Origin: Gemmatimonadaceae bacterium
GTDB lineage: Bacteria > Gemmatimonadota > Gemmatimonadetes > Gemmatimonadales > Gemmatimonadaceae
Reading direction: 5' to 3'
Assembly (NCBI GenBank): GCA_040901985.1
Contig: JBBDYC010000017.1
Span: 96,001-160,000, forward strand
DNA length: 64,000 bases
Shown here: positions 29,371 through 37,698 of the stretch, one piece after another
Numbering within the stretch: position 1 is the stretch's first letter
Layout: every line of letters starts with the position of its first letter
Notes under the pieces: model-generated
The model's database searches: none
Seen by the model: only the letters and a program-made list of their open reading frames with translations
Told to the model about the DNA's origin: nothing
Position numbers and translations under genes: made by a program

Positions 29371-31458
29371 CTACTCCGCCCCCAGCTCCTTCGTCACCTT
29401 CGCCACCACCTCCGCCGGCGCCTGCTCGAATCCGTGCATCCGGTAGCGCACCGTCCCGTACCCGTGCGTGAGGCTCTGCAGGCGCGTCGCGTAGAGATGC
29501 AGCTCGGCCATCGGGACCACCGCCTTGACCACCGCGCCCGACGTTTCCTCCGCCGGCTCGGTCCCGATGATGTGTCCGCGGCGGCCGGAGAGATCCCCCA
29601 TCACGTCGCCGAGGTAGGCGTCGGGCGTGAACACCTCCACCGTCATCAGCGGCTCCAGCAGCACCGGCCGGGCCTTCGGCGCCAGCGTCTTGAAGGCGAG
29701 GATTCCCGCCATCCTGAACGACGCCTCGTTCGAGTCCACCGAGTGGTATGAACCGTCGAAGCATTCGACCTCGAAGTCCACCATCGGGTAGCCGGCGAGC
29801 ACCCCGCGTTCGGCCGCCTCCTGCACGCCCTTGTCCACCGCCGGGACGTACTGCCGCGGGATGACGCCGCCGGTGATCTTGTCCACGAACCGGTACCCGG
29901 TACCGCGCGCAGCGGGGCGAATGCGGATCCAGCAGTCCCCGAATTGCCCCTTGCCGCCGGTCTGCTTCTTGTGCCGCCCCTGTCCCTCGGCCGCACCGAG
30001 GAGTGTCTCGCGATACGGCACGCGCGGCGCCCGGAGCGCGGCCTTCACGCCGAACTGCCGTTCGAGCCGCGCCAACGCCACCTCGAGATGTCGCTCCCCC
30101 ATCCCCTCGATGATTGTCTCGTGGGTCTCGGCCTCGAAGTGGGTCTGGATCGTCGGGTCCTCGTCGTGCAGGCGATGCAGCCCGGCCTGGAGCTTCTCCT
30201 CGTCGGCCCGCGCGGTGGCCTCGATCGCGAACGATACCAGGGGATCGGGGAACGGGACCGGCGCCATCCGCACCGGATGCTCCTTGGTCGAGAGCGTGTC
30301 GTTGGTGTGCGTATTGCGCAGCTTCGCCACGCAGCCGATGTCGCCCGGATGCAGGCACGACACCTCGATCCGCTCCTTCCCCTGCGTCACCGCAAGGTGC
30401 GACAGCTTCTCCGGCGTCGAGCGGGTGGCGTTGAAGACCTCCTGGCCGTTGTTGACGGTTCCGCTGAACGTCCGGAAGTACGACACCTCGCCGACGTGCG
30501 GCTCGTTGGTCGTCTTGAAGACCAGCGCCGTGAAGGGCGCGTCGGGGCGCGGGTGCACCTCGACGAACTGGTCGCCCTCGGCGCCGCGGAGTCCCTGCTG
30601 CTCCTCCATCTCGTAGGCGTTCGGCATCAGCTGCACGAGCATATCGAGCACCGCCCGTACGCCGTACGTGAGCTGCGACGAGCAGCACATCAGCGGGAAG
30701 AGCTCGGCCCGCTTCATCGCCTCCTTCATTGCCTGCATCTCGTCATCGCCGGCAATCTCCTCGCCGGCAAAGAAGCGCTCGAGCAACTTGTCGTCCGTGG
30801 CCGCGACCGCCTCGACCAGTTCGGCGTGGTAGCGCTCGAAGCGCTCCTGCTCGGCCGCCGGGATCGGCACCTCGTCGTATTCGCCCGCTTTCGTCCCCGG
30901 CCGGAAAAGGTGCGCCTTCTTGGTGAAGAGGTTGATGATCCCGTTGAAGTTGGAGCCGGAGCCGATGGGGATCTCCACCGGCACCACGTTGGGCGTCAGC
31001 CGCTCCTTGATCGAGGCGTATGCCTTGTCGAAGTCGGCGTACTCCTTGTCCATCATCGCGACGACGAAGAGCACGGGGTCCTTCCGCTTGATGGCCTCGC
31101 GGAACATCCGTTCGGTACCGACCTCCACCCCGCCGGTCGCGCCGACCGTGACCAAGGCCCCGTCGGCCGCGACGAGGCCGGCAATCGCGTCGCCCGCGAA
31201 GTCGGCGTACCCAGGGGTGTCGATGAGATTGATCTTGGAGTCGCCCCACTCGGCAAAGGCGCAACCGACGGCGATTGAGTACCCGCGGGCGATCTCCTCG
31301 GCGGAGGTGTCGGTGAGGGTGGTCCCGTCCTTCACCGTGCCGTGTCGTCGCGAAGACCCCGAAACAAAAGCGAGCGCGTCGACCAGTGTGGTCTTCCCGC
31401 TCGCTCCGTGACCGACGACCGCGACGTTCCGGATCTCGGCGCTCTTATACTCCCGCAT
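29371..31458 (-). CDS. fusA: Elongation factor G-like protein (EF-G2 type paralog)
   Basis: Five-domain EF-G with HKKQTGGKGQFG and DGSYHSVDS. G motifs are divergent (GHGASGKTT, RGYSI, DTPGY, MMD). It is not in a str operon. Confidence 0.88.
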   Translation of the reverse strand: MREYKSAEIRNVAVVGHGASGKTTLVDALAFVSGSSRRHGTVKDGTTLTDTSAEEIARGYSIAVGCAFAEWGDSKINLIDTPGYADFAGDAIAGLVAADGALVTVGATGGVEVGTERMFREAIKRKDPVLFVVAMMDKEYADFDKAYASIKERLTPNVVPVEIPIGSGSNFNGIINLFTKKAHLFRPGTKAGEYDEVPIPAAEQERFERYHAELVEAVAATDDKLLERFFAGEEIAGDDEMQAMKEAMKRAELFPLMCCSSQLTYGVRAVLDMLVQLMPNAYEMEEQQGLRGAEGDQFVEVHPRPDAPFTALVFKTTNEPHVGEVSYFRTFSGTVNNGQEVFNATRSTPEKLSHLAVTQGKERIEVSCLHPGDIGCVAKLRNTHTNDTLSTKEHPVRMAPVPFPDPLVSFAIEATARADEEKLQAGLHRLHDEDPTIQTHFEAETHETIIEGMGERHLEVALARLERQFGVKAALRAPRVPYRETLLGAAEGQGRHKKQTGGKGQFGDCWIRIRPAARGTGYRFVDKITGGVIPRQYVPAVDKGVQEAAERGVLAGYPMVDFEVECFDGSYHSVDSNEASFRMAGILAFKTLAPKARPVLLEPLMTVEVFTPDAYLGDVMGDLSGRRGHIIGTEPAEETSGAVVKAVVPMAELHLYATRLQSLTHGYGTVRYRMHGFEQAPAEVVAKVTKELGAE

Positions 31459-31576
31459 GGGACACCCTCCTCCCGCCAGCTGACGGGCGTATCAGGGGCA
31501 TCCACCATGCCACCCGGAACGGGGAGCGTCATGTCAGGGCCGGCTGCCGTCCGGAGCCGGCTCCGGGTCCGAGCCC

Positions 31577-31609
31577 CGGCCGACGTTCGGCCGACGTTCG
31601 GCCGACGTG
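31577..31609. repeat. 11-bp tandem repeat CGGCCGACGTT x3
   Basis: Read directly; intergenic. Confidence 0.8.
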
Positions 31610-31610
31610 C

Positions 31611-32129
31611 CTAGGCCTCGTCGGAGAAGTTGTCGGCGTCGGCCTCGCGGAGCATCGCCAGCATATCGGACGTCCGCGTTGCCACGGCGCAGGCGAGCTG
31701 GAAGGTCAGCGCCCGGCGGGTCCCCTCGGGCCAGTCCGGCATCAGGAGGCCGGCGAGCAGCCGCCGGATTCCCTGGCCTCCCTCGGTCAGGAGGTCGGCG
31801 GCGGTCTCGCGCAGCACCGTGAAGGGGATCGAGAGCTCGCGGCGGATCAGCTCCCCGGTGTCCCGGTCGCGCCACGCCGTGTCGCCCACCGCTCCAGTCG
31901 CCTCGGACACCGTCAGCTCACGCGACGCGCTGGCGACTCCGGCGGCCACCTTGCGGGCCTCGAGCGCGGCCGCCAGCGCGAGGGCGAGCGACTCCGGCGT
32001 CGGGGTTCCATAGAGCGTGACAACGTCGCGCGACGGCGACTCGTGGGTGTCGGGAGACGCCACCGAACTCACCCGGGCAAACGACGACGACCCGGTCGTC
32101 GACTCATCCAACTGCACCATCACGTCCAT
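31611..32129 (-). CDS. Hypothetical protein divergent from the TPR gene
   Basis: 172-aa ORF with SD GAGGA upstream and GC3-biased codons in the C-terminal half. No family recognised. Confidence 0.6.
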   Translation of the reverse strand: MDVMVQLDESTTGSSSFARVSSVASPDTHESPSRDVVTLYGTPTPESLALALAAALEARKVAAGVASASRELTVSEATGAVGDTAWRDRDTGELIRRELSIPFTVLRETAADLLTEGGQGIRRLLAGLLMPDWPEGTRRALTFQLACAVATRTSDMLAMLREADADNFSDEA

Positions 32130-32314
32130 CGAATCCTCAAGCCAACCAGCGAAGTGTGAACCAACCCTGCAATCATTACCCCACAGCGTCTCTTCGGTGT
32201 CACCGACGTACGCGGTGACTGCAATCCGGTCAGGAGTTTCGTGTCACGAAGTGCGGTTCCGCTTGCGGCACTTGGCACGGAACGCCATGTTCAGGCCATA
32301 ACCCCAGACCTTCT

Positions 32315-33571
32315 ATGCCAATCCGACGCCCCCGCGGTCCCAAGCCTGCCCTCCGGCATCTTCCCTTCCTCGAGGCCACCGCCCAGGCGAAGGAGGACTC
32401 CGGAGATCGCCGCGCGCTGCAGGCGGCCTTTCTCACGCTCCGGCTGCTGGACCATTGGATGGCGCTTGGCGCCGAGATTGCCGACCCAAGCGGCCAGGCT
32501 TTCAGGGCGACGCGCGTTGCCATAGATGCTGTGGATGACGATTCCGAGTCCCGGAGCGCGCTCGCGGGAATCGTGGACGCGATTGCGATGCTCCAGGACC
32601 CCGATGCGCAGCCGCTCCTGCCGCGCGTCTTCGCCTACGGGGGCCTGATTGAAAACCGAGGGGCCCTCCCGCTTGCCGCGGACGTCTATGAGACCGTGAC
32701 GAGATACGTGGACTCGCGTACGCACTTCGATCTCGCGTTCGACGCCCATATGCGACAGGGCTATTGCTTCCGGACAATCGGCGAATTCGACCGCGCGGAA
32801 CGCGGCTACGAGACCGCCGGTGCGCTCGCCGCGCGGACGCGCGATCGCGGGCGCGTGCTCTACTCGCGGATCGGCGGCGCCAAGGTGGCGTGGTCCCGCG
32901 GGAATCTTCCCGAGGCAGACACCAACTTGCGCGCCATCGCCGCCGAGGCGGAGACGCTCGGTGATGCCCGGCTCCACGCGATTGCGCTGCACGACTGCGG
33001 CGCCATCGCACGCCTGCGCGGCGACCTGCCGCGTGCGGTACGCCAGGTGTTCGAGGCGTTCAAGCGGACCACCGACGAGTCGGAAAAGGAACGCGTGTTG
33101 ATGGACCTCGGCGCCTACCTCGGCGAGTCGGGTGCGTTCCGCACGGCGCGCGCGGCGCTGTCCATCCTCGAGACCGGCGCCCGGACGCAGGAAATGCGTT
33201 GGCACGCACAGGTCAACCTGCTCGACCTGGCGGTCCTCGAGCGCAGCGAACCGCTCTTCGAGATGTACCTGCGTCAGTTGGAGTCGAGTGCGCTTCCGAC
33301 ACGCCTCCAGCTCTCGTTCCTGCGGGACGGCGCGCGGGGTCTCGCGCGATTCGGGCGCACTCGCGACGCCCGGGCCTTCGTGAACCGCGGCGCCGAACTC
33401 GCGGAGGCGACCGGTACGCAACAGCTGCGGTTCCAGTTCGAGACCCTCGCCGCCGAGCTGGATCAGGTGGCGGAGGAGTACAAGCGCAATCGCCCGACGC
33501 CAACGCCGGCGCCGGACGACATCGCCACGACAATCGAGGAGCTACTCCGGGGGACTGCCGTGCCCGCGTGA
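32315..33571 (+). CDS. Cytoplasmic all-helical TPR-like protein (418 aa)
   Basis: Repeated TPR-like units (GYCFRTIGEFDRAERGY, AKVAWSRGNLPEA, GAIARLRGDLPRA, LARFGRTRDARAF). No signal peptide or TM segment. Confidence 0.85.
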   Translation: MPIRRPRGPKPALRHLPFLEATAQAKEDSGDRRALQAAFLTLRLLDHWMALGAEIADPSGQAFRATRVAIDAVDDDSESRSALAGIVDAIAMLQDPDAQPLLPRVFAYGGLIENRGALPLAADVYETVTRYVDSRTHFDLAFDAHMRQGYCFRTIGEFDRAERGYETAGALAARTRDRGRVLYSRIGGAKVAWSRGNLPEADTNLRAIAAEAETLGDARLHAIALHDCGAIARLRGDLPRAVRQVFEAFKRTTDESEKERVLMDLGAYLGESGAFRTARAALSILETGARTQEMRWHAQVNLLDLAVLERSEPLFEMYLRQLESSALPTRLQLSFLRDGARGLARFGRTRDARAFVNRGAELAEATGTQQLRFQFETLAAELDQVAEEYKRNRPTPTPAPDDIATTIEELLRGTAVPA

Positions 33572-33587
33572 ACCGCTGGCGGGCACG
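33559..33587. terminator. Hairpin between the convergent TPR and micropeptide genes
   Basis: CGTGCCCGC / GCGGGCACG 9-bp stem. No U tract. Confidence 0.45.
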
Positions 33588-33592
33588 TCGGC

Positions 33593-33712
33593 TCAGACGC
33601 CTGAGCTGGCGGTATCGCCCGTCGGCGCCGGTCCGGTCGGGTTGGTGCAGGCGCTGGCCGAGACGGCGAGGGCGGCAAGCACGACGAAGATCGAGAGGCG
33701 GATGGCGCGCAT
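33593..33712 (-). CDS. 39-aa secreted micropeptide with lipoprotein-type signal (MRAIRLSIFVVLAALAVSASA-CTNPTGPAPTGDTASSGV)
   Basis: Not in the ORF track (<60 aa). ATG with GGAG 8 nt upstream, basic n-region, hydrophobic h-region, ASA-C lipobox-like motif, and almost all codons GC3. Confidence 0.8.
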   Translation of the reverse strand: MRAIRLSIFVVLAALAVSASACTNPTGPAPTGDTASSGV

Positions 33713-33762
33713 TGTTGGGACTCCGAGAGGGAGGGGTGACTACCTAACTGTCTGGAAGCTAA

Positions 33763-33819
33763 GCATTTCTGAGATGTTTGTTCCTGCTGTTTTGAGTCGC
33801 TAAACAGCTATTTTGAGAC
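33763..33819. promoter_or_regulatory. Direct repeats, candidate AraC-family operator
   Basis: GCTGTTTTGAGTC (33786) and GCTATTTTGAGAC (33807) are exactly 21 bp apart. A weaker third copy, GCATTTCTGAGAT, starts at 33763. Confidence 0.55.
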
Positions 33820-33860
33820 TTTCGACGCCTAATTACACCCCCCTGAACCCTTTTCTTCAT

Positions 33861-34673
33861 ATGATTGTCGCCGCCTGCGTCGAACCGCCCAAGCTCGCCC
33901 GACTCCGGGGCGCCGTTGGCGAGAACCACCGTCTCCACGTGGCGCTCGACTGGTCGCACGCGGATTCCATCATCCGCCGCCAGCCCATAGACGTCCTCGT
34001 CGTTGATCCGCATTTCGGATCGACTACGCAGCCGCGCACGCAGCCGATCCGCGACCTGCGCGCCGAATTCCGCTCGGTACCATTCGTCGTCTATTCCGTG
34101 CTCGCCGCGCAGACGCTCCAGCCGCTGATTGAGCTCGGCCGCGAGGGGATGGAACAGCTTGTCCTTTACGGCGTGGACGACGACCCCAGCCAGCTCCGCC
34201 GCGTCCTCGAGCGCCAGCCGGGCGTCGGGCTCGCCGAGAGGCTGATCGGCAAACTCGGCCCGCGCCTGCGGACGCTGCCGGCAGACGTCGGCCGCGCCAT
34301 CGAGCGGGTGATCCACACCCCGGCGGCCTTCCGCGGCGTCCCCGACCTCGCGGCCGCGGCCAACGTCTCGCGTCGCACCATCTACCGCGAGTGCGAGCGC
34401 GCCAACCTCTCGTCACCGCGCGAGTTGATTGCTGGCGCCCGTGTCCTTCGCGCCTACGCCTTCCTCCGCGAATCCGACTACGCGATCGAGGATGTGGCGG
34501 ACCACCTTCGCTTCTCGAGTCCGCACCATCTCACCAAGACGATGCGCTGGGCCTGTGGGCTGACGACGGCACGGGCGCGCGACCGCCTGGCCCCCGACGA
34601 TTTCGTCGCCGTACTCGCACAGCGCCTGATGCCCAACGCGGACGCGGTTCCGCTGGCCGATGCCGTCAACTGA
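33861..34673 (+). CDS. AraC-family transcriptional regulator with degenerate receiver-like N-domain
   Basis: Double HTH (LAAAANVSRRTIYRE; IEDVADHLRFSSPHHLTK). The N-terminal DVLVVDP resembles a receiver strand. Confidence 0.88.
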   Translation: MIVAACVEPPKLARLRGAVGENHRLHVALDWSHADSIIRRQPIDVLVVDPHFGSTTQPRTQPIRDLRAEFRSVPFVVYSVLAAQTLQPLIELGREGMEQLVLYGVDDDPSQLRRVLERQPGVGLAERLIGKLGPRLRTLPADVGRAIERVIHTPAAFRGVPDLAAAANVSRRTIYRECERANLSSPRELIAGARVLRAYAFLRESDYAIEDVADHLRFSSPHHLTKTMRWACGLTTARARDRLAPDDFVAVLAQRLMPNADAVPLADAVN

Positions 34674-35067
34674 CGCCATCGCCCCTCACGTCCTCCTGGT
34701 GGACGATGACCCCGCCGTCGCGAACGTCCTGGCGATGGTGTTGCGGCGCGCGGGCTATCGCGTAACCACCGCCGGGTCGGGGCATCAGGCCGAGCAGTTG
34801 CTGGGCGAGCGCTTCGACGCGATGGTACTCGACCTCCGGTTGCCCGGGATGCGCGGCGACGCGTTCTACTTCCTGGCCAGCACACGCCAGCCCTGGCTCG
34901 TCTGCAGGGCGCTCTTCCTCACCGGCGACATCACCGAACAGGCTGAGGAGTTGATTGCCGTCACCGGGTGCCGCTGGCTGCGGAAGCCGTTTCACCTCCC
35001 GGACATGCTGGACGCCGTGGCGGCAATGGCGCCGCTGCCGCTTGAACGGATGCCGCGCGTCAGCTGA
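34660..35067 (+). CDS. Single-domain response regulator (receiver)
   Basis: LLVDDD, VLDLRLPGM, FLTG and RKPF motifs are all intact. Confidence 0.9.
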   Translation: MPSTDAIAPHVLLVDDDPAVANVLAMVLRRAGYRVTTAGSGHQAEQLLGERFDAMVLDLRLPGMRGDAFYFLASTRQPWLVCRALFLTGDITEQAEELIAVTGCRWLRKPFHLPDMLDAVAAMAPLPLERMPRVS

Positions 35068-35085
35068 CGGTCGGCCGTACCGACT

Positions 35086-35682
35086 TCAGAAGCTCCACTT
35101 CCGCAACGTGCTGAGCGCGCCCGCGAGCGCACTGCGCTCGCCGTCGTCGGTGGCACCGGCCAACAACATCTCATAGGTCCCCACTGCCAGCTTGAGCGCC
35201 ACCGGGTCGTTCTCGGCGCTCGCCACGCTGGTCGCGTTGTCGGCGAGCGCGGCGTGGGCGAGCTTGTCGTCGGGGAAGCGCGTGGCCACCTGGTGCCAGC
35301 GGGTCATCCGCCCGCGCGGCGATGGCTCGGTCAGCGCCCAGAGGTGCCAGGCCGCCCGATTGGATGGGTCGGCGGTGAGCGCCCGGGAGGCGAGCGCCCC
35401 CACGACGTCGGGACCGCGCCCGGTGAGCCAGTACGCGTTGGCGAGCGCGACGAGGGCGGTCGCGTTCTCCGGCTCGCGCTCGACGACCCGCTCGTACACG
35501 GGGCCTGCCACCTCGTGAAGCTCCCGGTAGGGCTCGACGGCCTCGACGAGCGCGGCGGCGCTGGTCGTCTCGGCGCAGATCGTGTCGAGGCGCGTGAGGA
35601 GTCTCGCAATGTCGGCGTCGCCCCGATATGCTTTCACGGCAGCGGCGACTGCACCGCGCGCGTCGGATACGGATCGGGCCAT
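35086..35682 (-). CDS. Helical-repeat (TPR-like) hypothetical protein
   Basis: EPENATALVALANAYW and ALTADPSNRAAW motifs. TAACTT-N6-ATG start. Confidence 0.75.
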   Translation of the reverse strand: MARSVSDARGAVAAAVKAYRGDADIARLLTRLDTICAETTSAAALVEAVEPYRELHEVAGPVYERVVEREPENATALVALANAYWLTGRGPDVVGALASRALTADPSNRAAWHLWALTEPSPRGRMTRWHQVATRFPDDKLAHAALADNATSVASAENDPVALKLAVGTYEMLLAGATDDGERSALAGALSTLRKWSF

Positions 35683-35728
35683 CGCCCAAAGTTATCGGCT
35701 CGCTGAGACCCGTGGCACCGGAGATGTC

Positions 35729-35917
35729 GTGGAATCGACCGACCCGAAGAAAGGCCTCCTGCACGCGCTGAACAACCCGCTCGGAGGCCTCCTCGCCGAG
35801 CTGCAGCTCCTGGAGATGGAGGACCTCGCCCCGGCGCACCGGGAGGGGGTGGAGCGTTCGATTGCCCTCTGCCGCCGAGTGATCCAGCTCGTGAAAGAGC
35901 ACGTCTCGCCCAATTAG
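35729..35917 (+). CDS. Stand-alone HisKA/DHp-like protein (62 aa)
   Basis: GTG start after GGAG. H-box-like LHALNNPLGGLLAELQLL followed by a second helix; no ATPase domain. Confidence 0.7.
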   Translation: MESTDPKKGLLHALNNPLGGLLAELQLLEMEDLAPAHREGVERSIALCRRVIQLVKEHVSPN

Positions 35918-35921
35918 AGGG

Positions 35922-35950
35922 TTGCGCGGAAGGGCCGAACGGCCCATACT
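35922..35950 (+). promoter_or_regulatory. Putative sigma70 promoter of rho
   Basis: TTGCGC-N17-CATACT, about 200 nt upstream of the rho start. Confidence 0.4.
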
Positions 35951-36153
35951 CCATACAACCGCCCGTCACGGTGAGGCCCTTGCCCACCCGGACGGCTGCG
36001 TTCCCAGACGCTCCCCCGTTGCGCCGATGCGCAGCGCTCGCCCGGCACACTGGCCGGGATTCGGTCGGAACCCGTCAGGACGCTTTGTTCAGACATCGCT
36101 GGAAAGCGGCACACGCTTTCGCCACGACCCCCGTGGTCCTAGAACCCAACTGA

Positions 36154-37698
36154 ATGACCGATCGTCAACGTCCGCCCCGTCGTGGGCGTGGTGTGCGCCC
36201 ACGTGGCTCAGACGCGCCCGACGCACTCGCTGAAGCGGATCCCTACCGCGACACTCCTGCCTCTTCCGATATGGACGGCTCACCACCGCCTCCCTCCGAT
36301 TTCGATGACGTCCCCGCGGCGTCCTCCCCCCCGATGACCGATGGTTCACCGGCGGGCGCCCAGCCGGGTCCCGACGGCGCGCCGCGCGAGTCGCCGAACG
36401 GCCGACCCGGATCTGACCGCGGGGAGCGCGGCGACCGCCCTGAACGCAATGGACGGGGCCGGCGTGGCCGGCGTCAGCGCGGCCGCGGCCGCGATCGCGG
36501 CGACCAGCCCCGCGGTGAGCCGCGCGAACCACGCGAGTCGCGCGCACCGATGGACTCGTCGCCGCCGGTCATCCTCGTCGTGGACGGCGAGGCCTCCGGA
36601 TGGTTTGATCCGGCACGCGACGCCGGCTTCATCCGGCGGGCCGAGTTCAGCTACCTGAATGAGCAAGGCGACGCGTGGGTCCCCGCGCATCTCGTCCGCC
36701 AGTACGGACTCCGTCGCGGCGACGCGATTGACGCCCGGACCGGCATTGACCAGCGCGGACGGACGGCGGTCGCCGAGATTGTCGCCATCAACGGGAACGT
36801 GCCGGACGAGCAGCTCCGCCGTCCCGACTTCCAGACCCTTACCGCTTCATATCCTGAGCGGAAGCTCACGCTCGAGACCGGCCAACCCGCCAAGGGCGGC
36901 CCGGAACTCACCCGTCGTGCGATTGACCTGATTGCCCCGATCGGCTACGGCCAGCGCGCCCTCATCGTCGCCCCCGCGCGCGCAGGCAAGACGATGCTGA
37001 TGCAGGCGATCACCGAGGGGATCGCGATCAACCACCCTGAGGCGACGCTCTTGATCCTGCTGGTGGACGAGCGCCCCGAGGAAGTGAGCGAGGCCATCTC
37101 CTGGGGCGTCGGCGAGGTCGTCGCGTCGAGCTTCGACCAGCCCGCCAAACGTCACGTCGAGGTCGTCGAGATGGTCCTCGAGCGCTCGCGCCGCCAGGTC
37201 GAGATGGGAAAGGACGTGGTGATCGTCCTGGACTCGCTGACCCGTATGGCGCGCGCCTTCAACACCGCCGAGCGCGGCACGGGGCGCACGCTCTCGGGCG
37301 GCCTCGACACCTCGGCGATGGCGCGTCCCAAGGCGTTCTTCGGCTCGGCGCGGTCAATCCTCCCCGAGAACGGCGGTGGCTCGCTGACGATCATCGCCAC
37401 CGCGCTGGTCGAGACCGGGTCGCGGATGGACGACGTGATCTTCGAGGAGTTCAAGGGCACCGGCAACTGCGAGATCAAGCTCGACCGCTCGTTGGCCGAG
37501 AAGCGCATCTTCCCGGCGTTCGACATCGCCACCTCGGGAACGCGGCGTGAGGAGAAGCTCTACAAGGCCGAGCAGATTGACGCGATCTACACGCTCCGCC
37601 GCGGCCTCCAGCAGATGCCCCCACAGGCAGCGATGGAATGGCTCATCAAGCGGATCGCGGGGACCACGTCGAATGACGCGCTGTTGGCAGGGCTTTGA
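36154..37698 (+). CDS. rho: Transcription termination factor Rho with disordered N-terminal extension
   Basis: PIGYGQRALIVAPARAGKT, LVDERPEE, LDSLTR, TALVETGSRMD and EFKGTGN motifs. Confidence 0.95.
   Translation: MTDRQRPPRRGRGVRPRGSDAPDALAEADPYRDTPASSDMDGSPPPPSDFDDVPAASSPPMTDGSPAGAQPGPDGAPRESPNGRPGSDRGERGDRPERNGRGRRGRRQRGRGRDRGDQPRGEPREPRESRAPMDSSPPVILVVDGEASGWFDPARDAGFIRRAEFSYLNEQGDAWVPAHLVRQYGLRRGDAIDARTGIDQRGRTAVAEIVAINGNVPDEQLRRPDFQTLTASYPERKLTLETGQPAKGGPELTRRAIDLIAPIGYGQRALIVAPARAGKTMLMQAITEGIAINHPEATLLILLVDERPEEVSEAISWGVGEVVASSFDQPAKRHVEVVEMVLERSRRQVEMGKDVVIVLDSLTRMARAFNTAERGTGRTLSGGLDTSAMARPKAFFGSARSILPENGGGSLTIIATALVETGSRMDDVIFEEFKGTGNCEIKLDRSLAEKRIFPAFDIATSGTRREEKLYKAEQIDAIYTLRRGLQQMPPQAAMEWLIKRIAGTTSNDALLAGL

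Noticed and set aside
31577..31609. Short direct repeats as a CRISPR array (also 50226-50277)
   Set aside because: Units are only 9-11 bp with no unique spacers, and there are no cas genes.
32272..32290. Sigma54 promoter (TTGGCACG) upstream of the TPR gene
   Set aside because: There is no GC at the required GG-N10-GC spacing.
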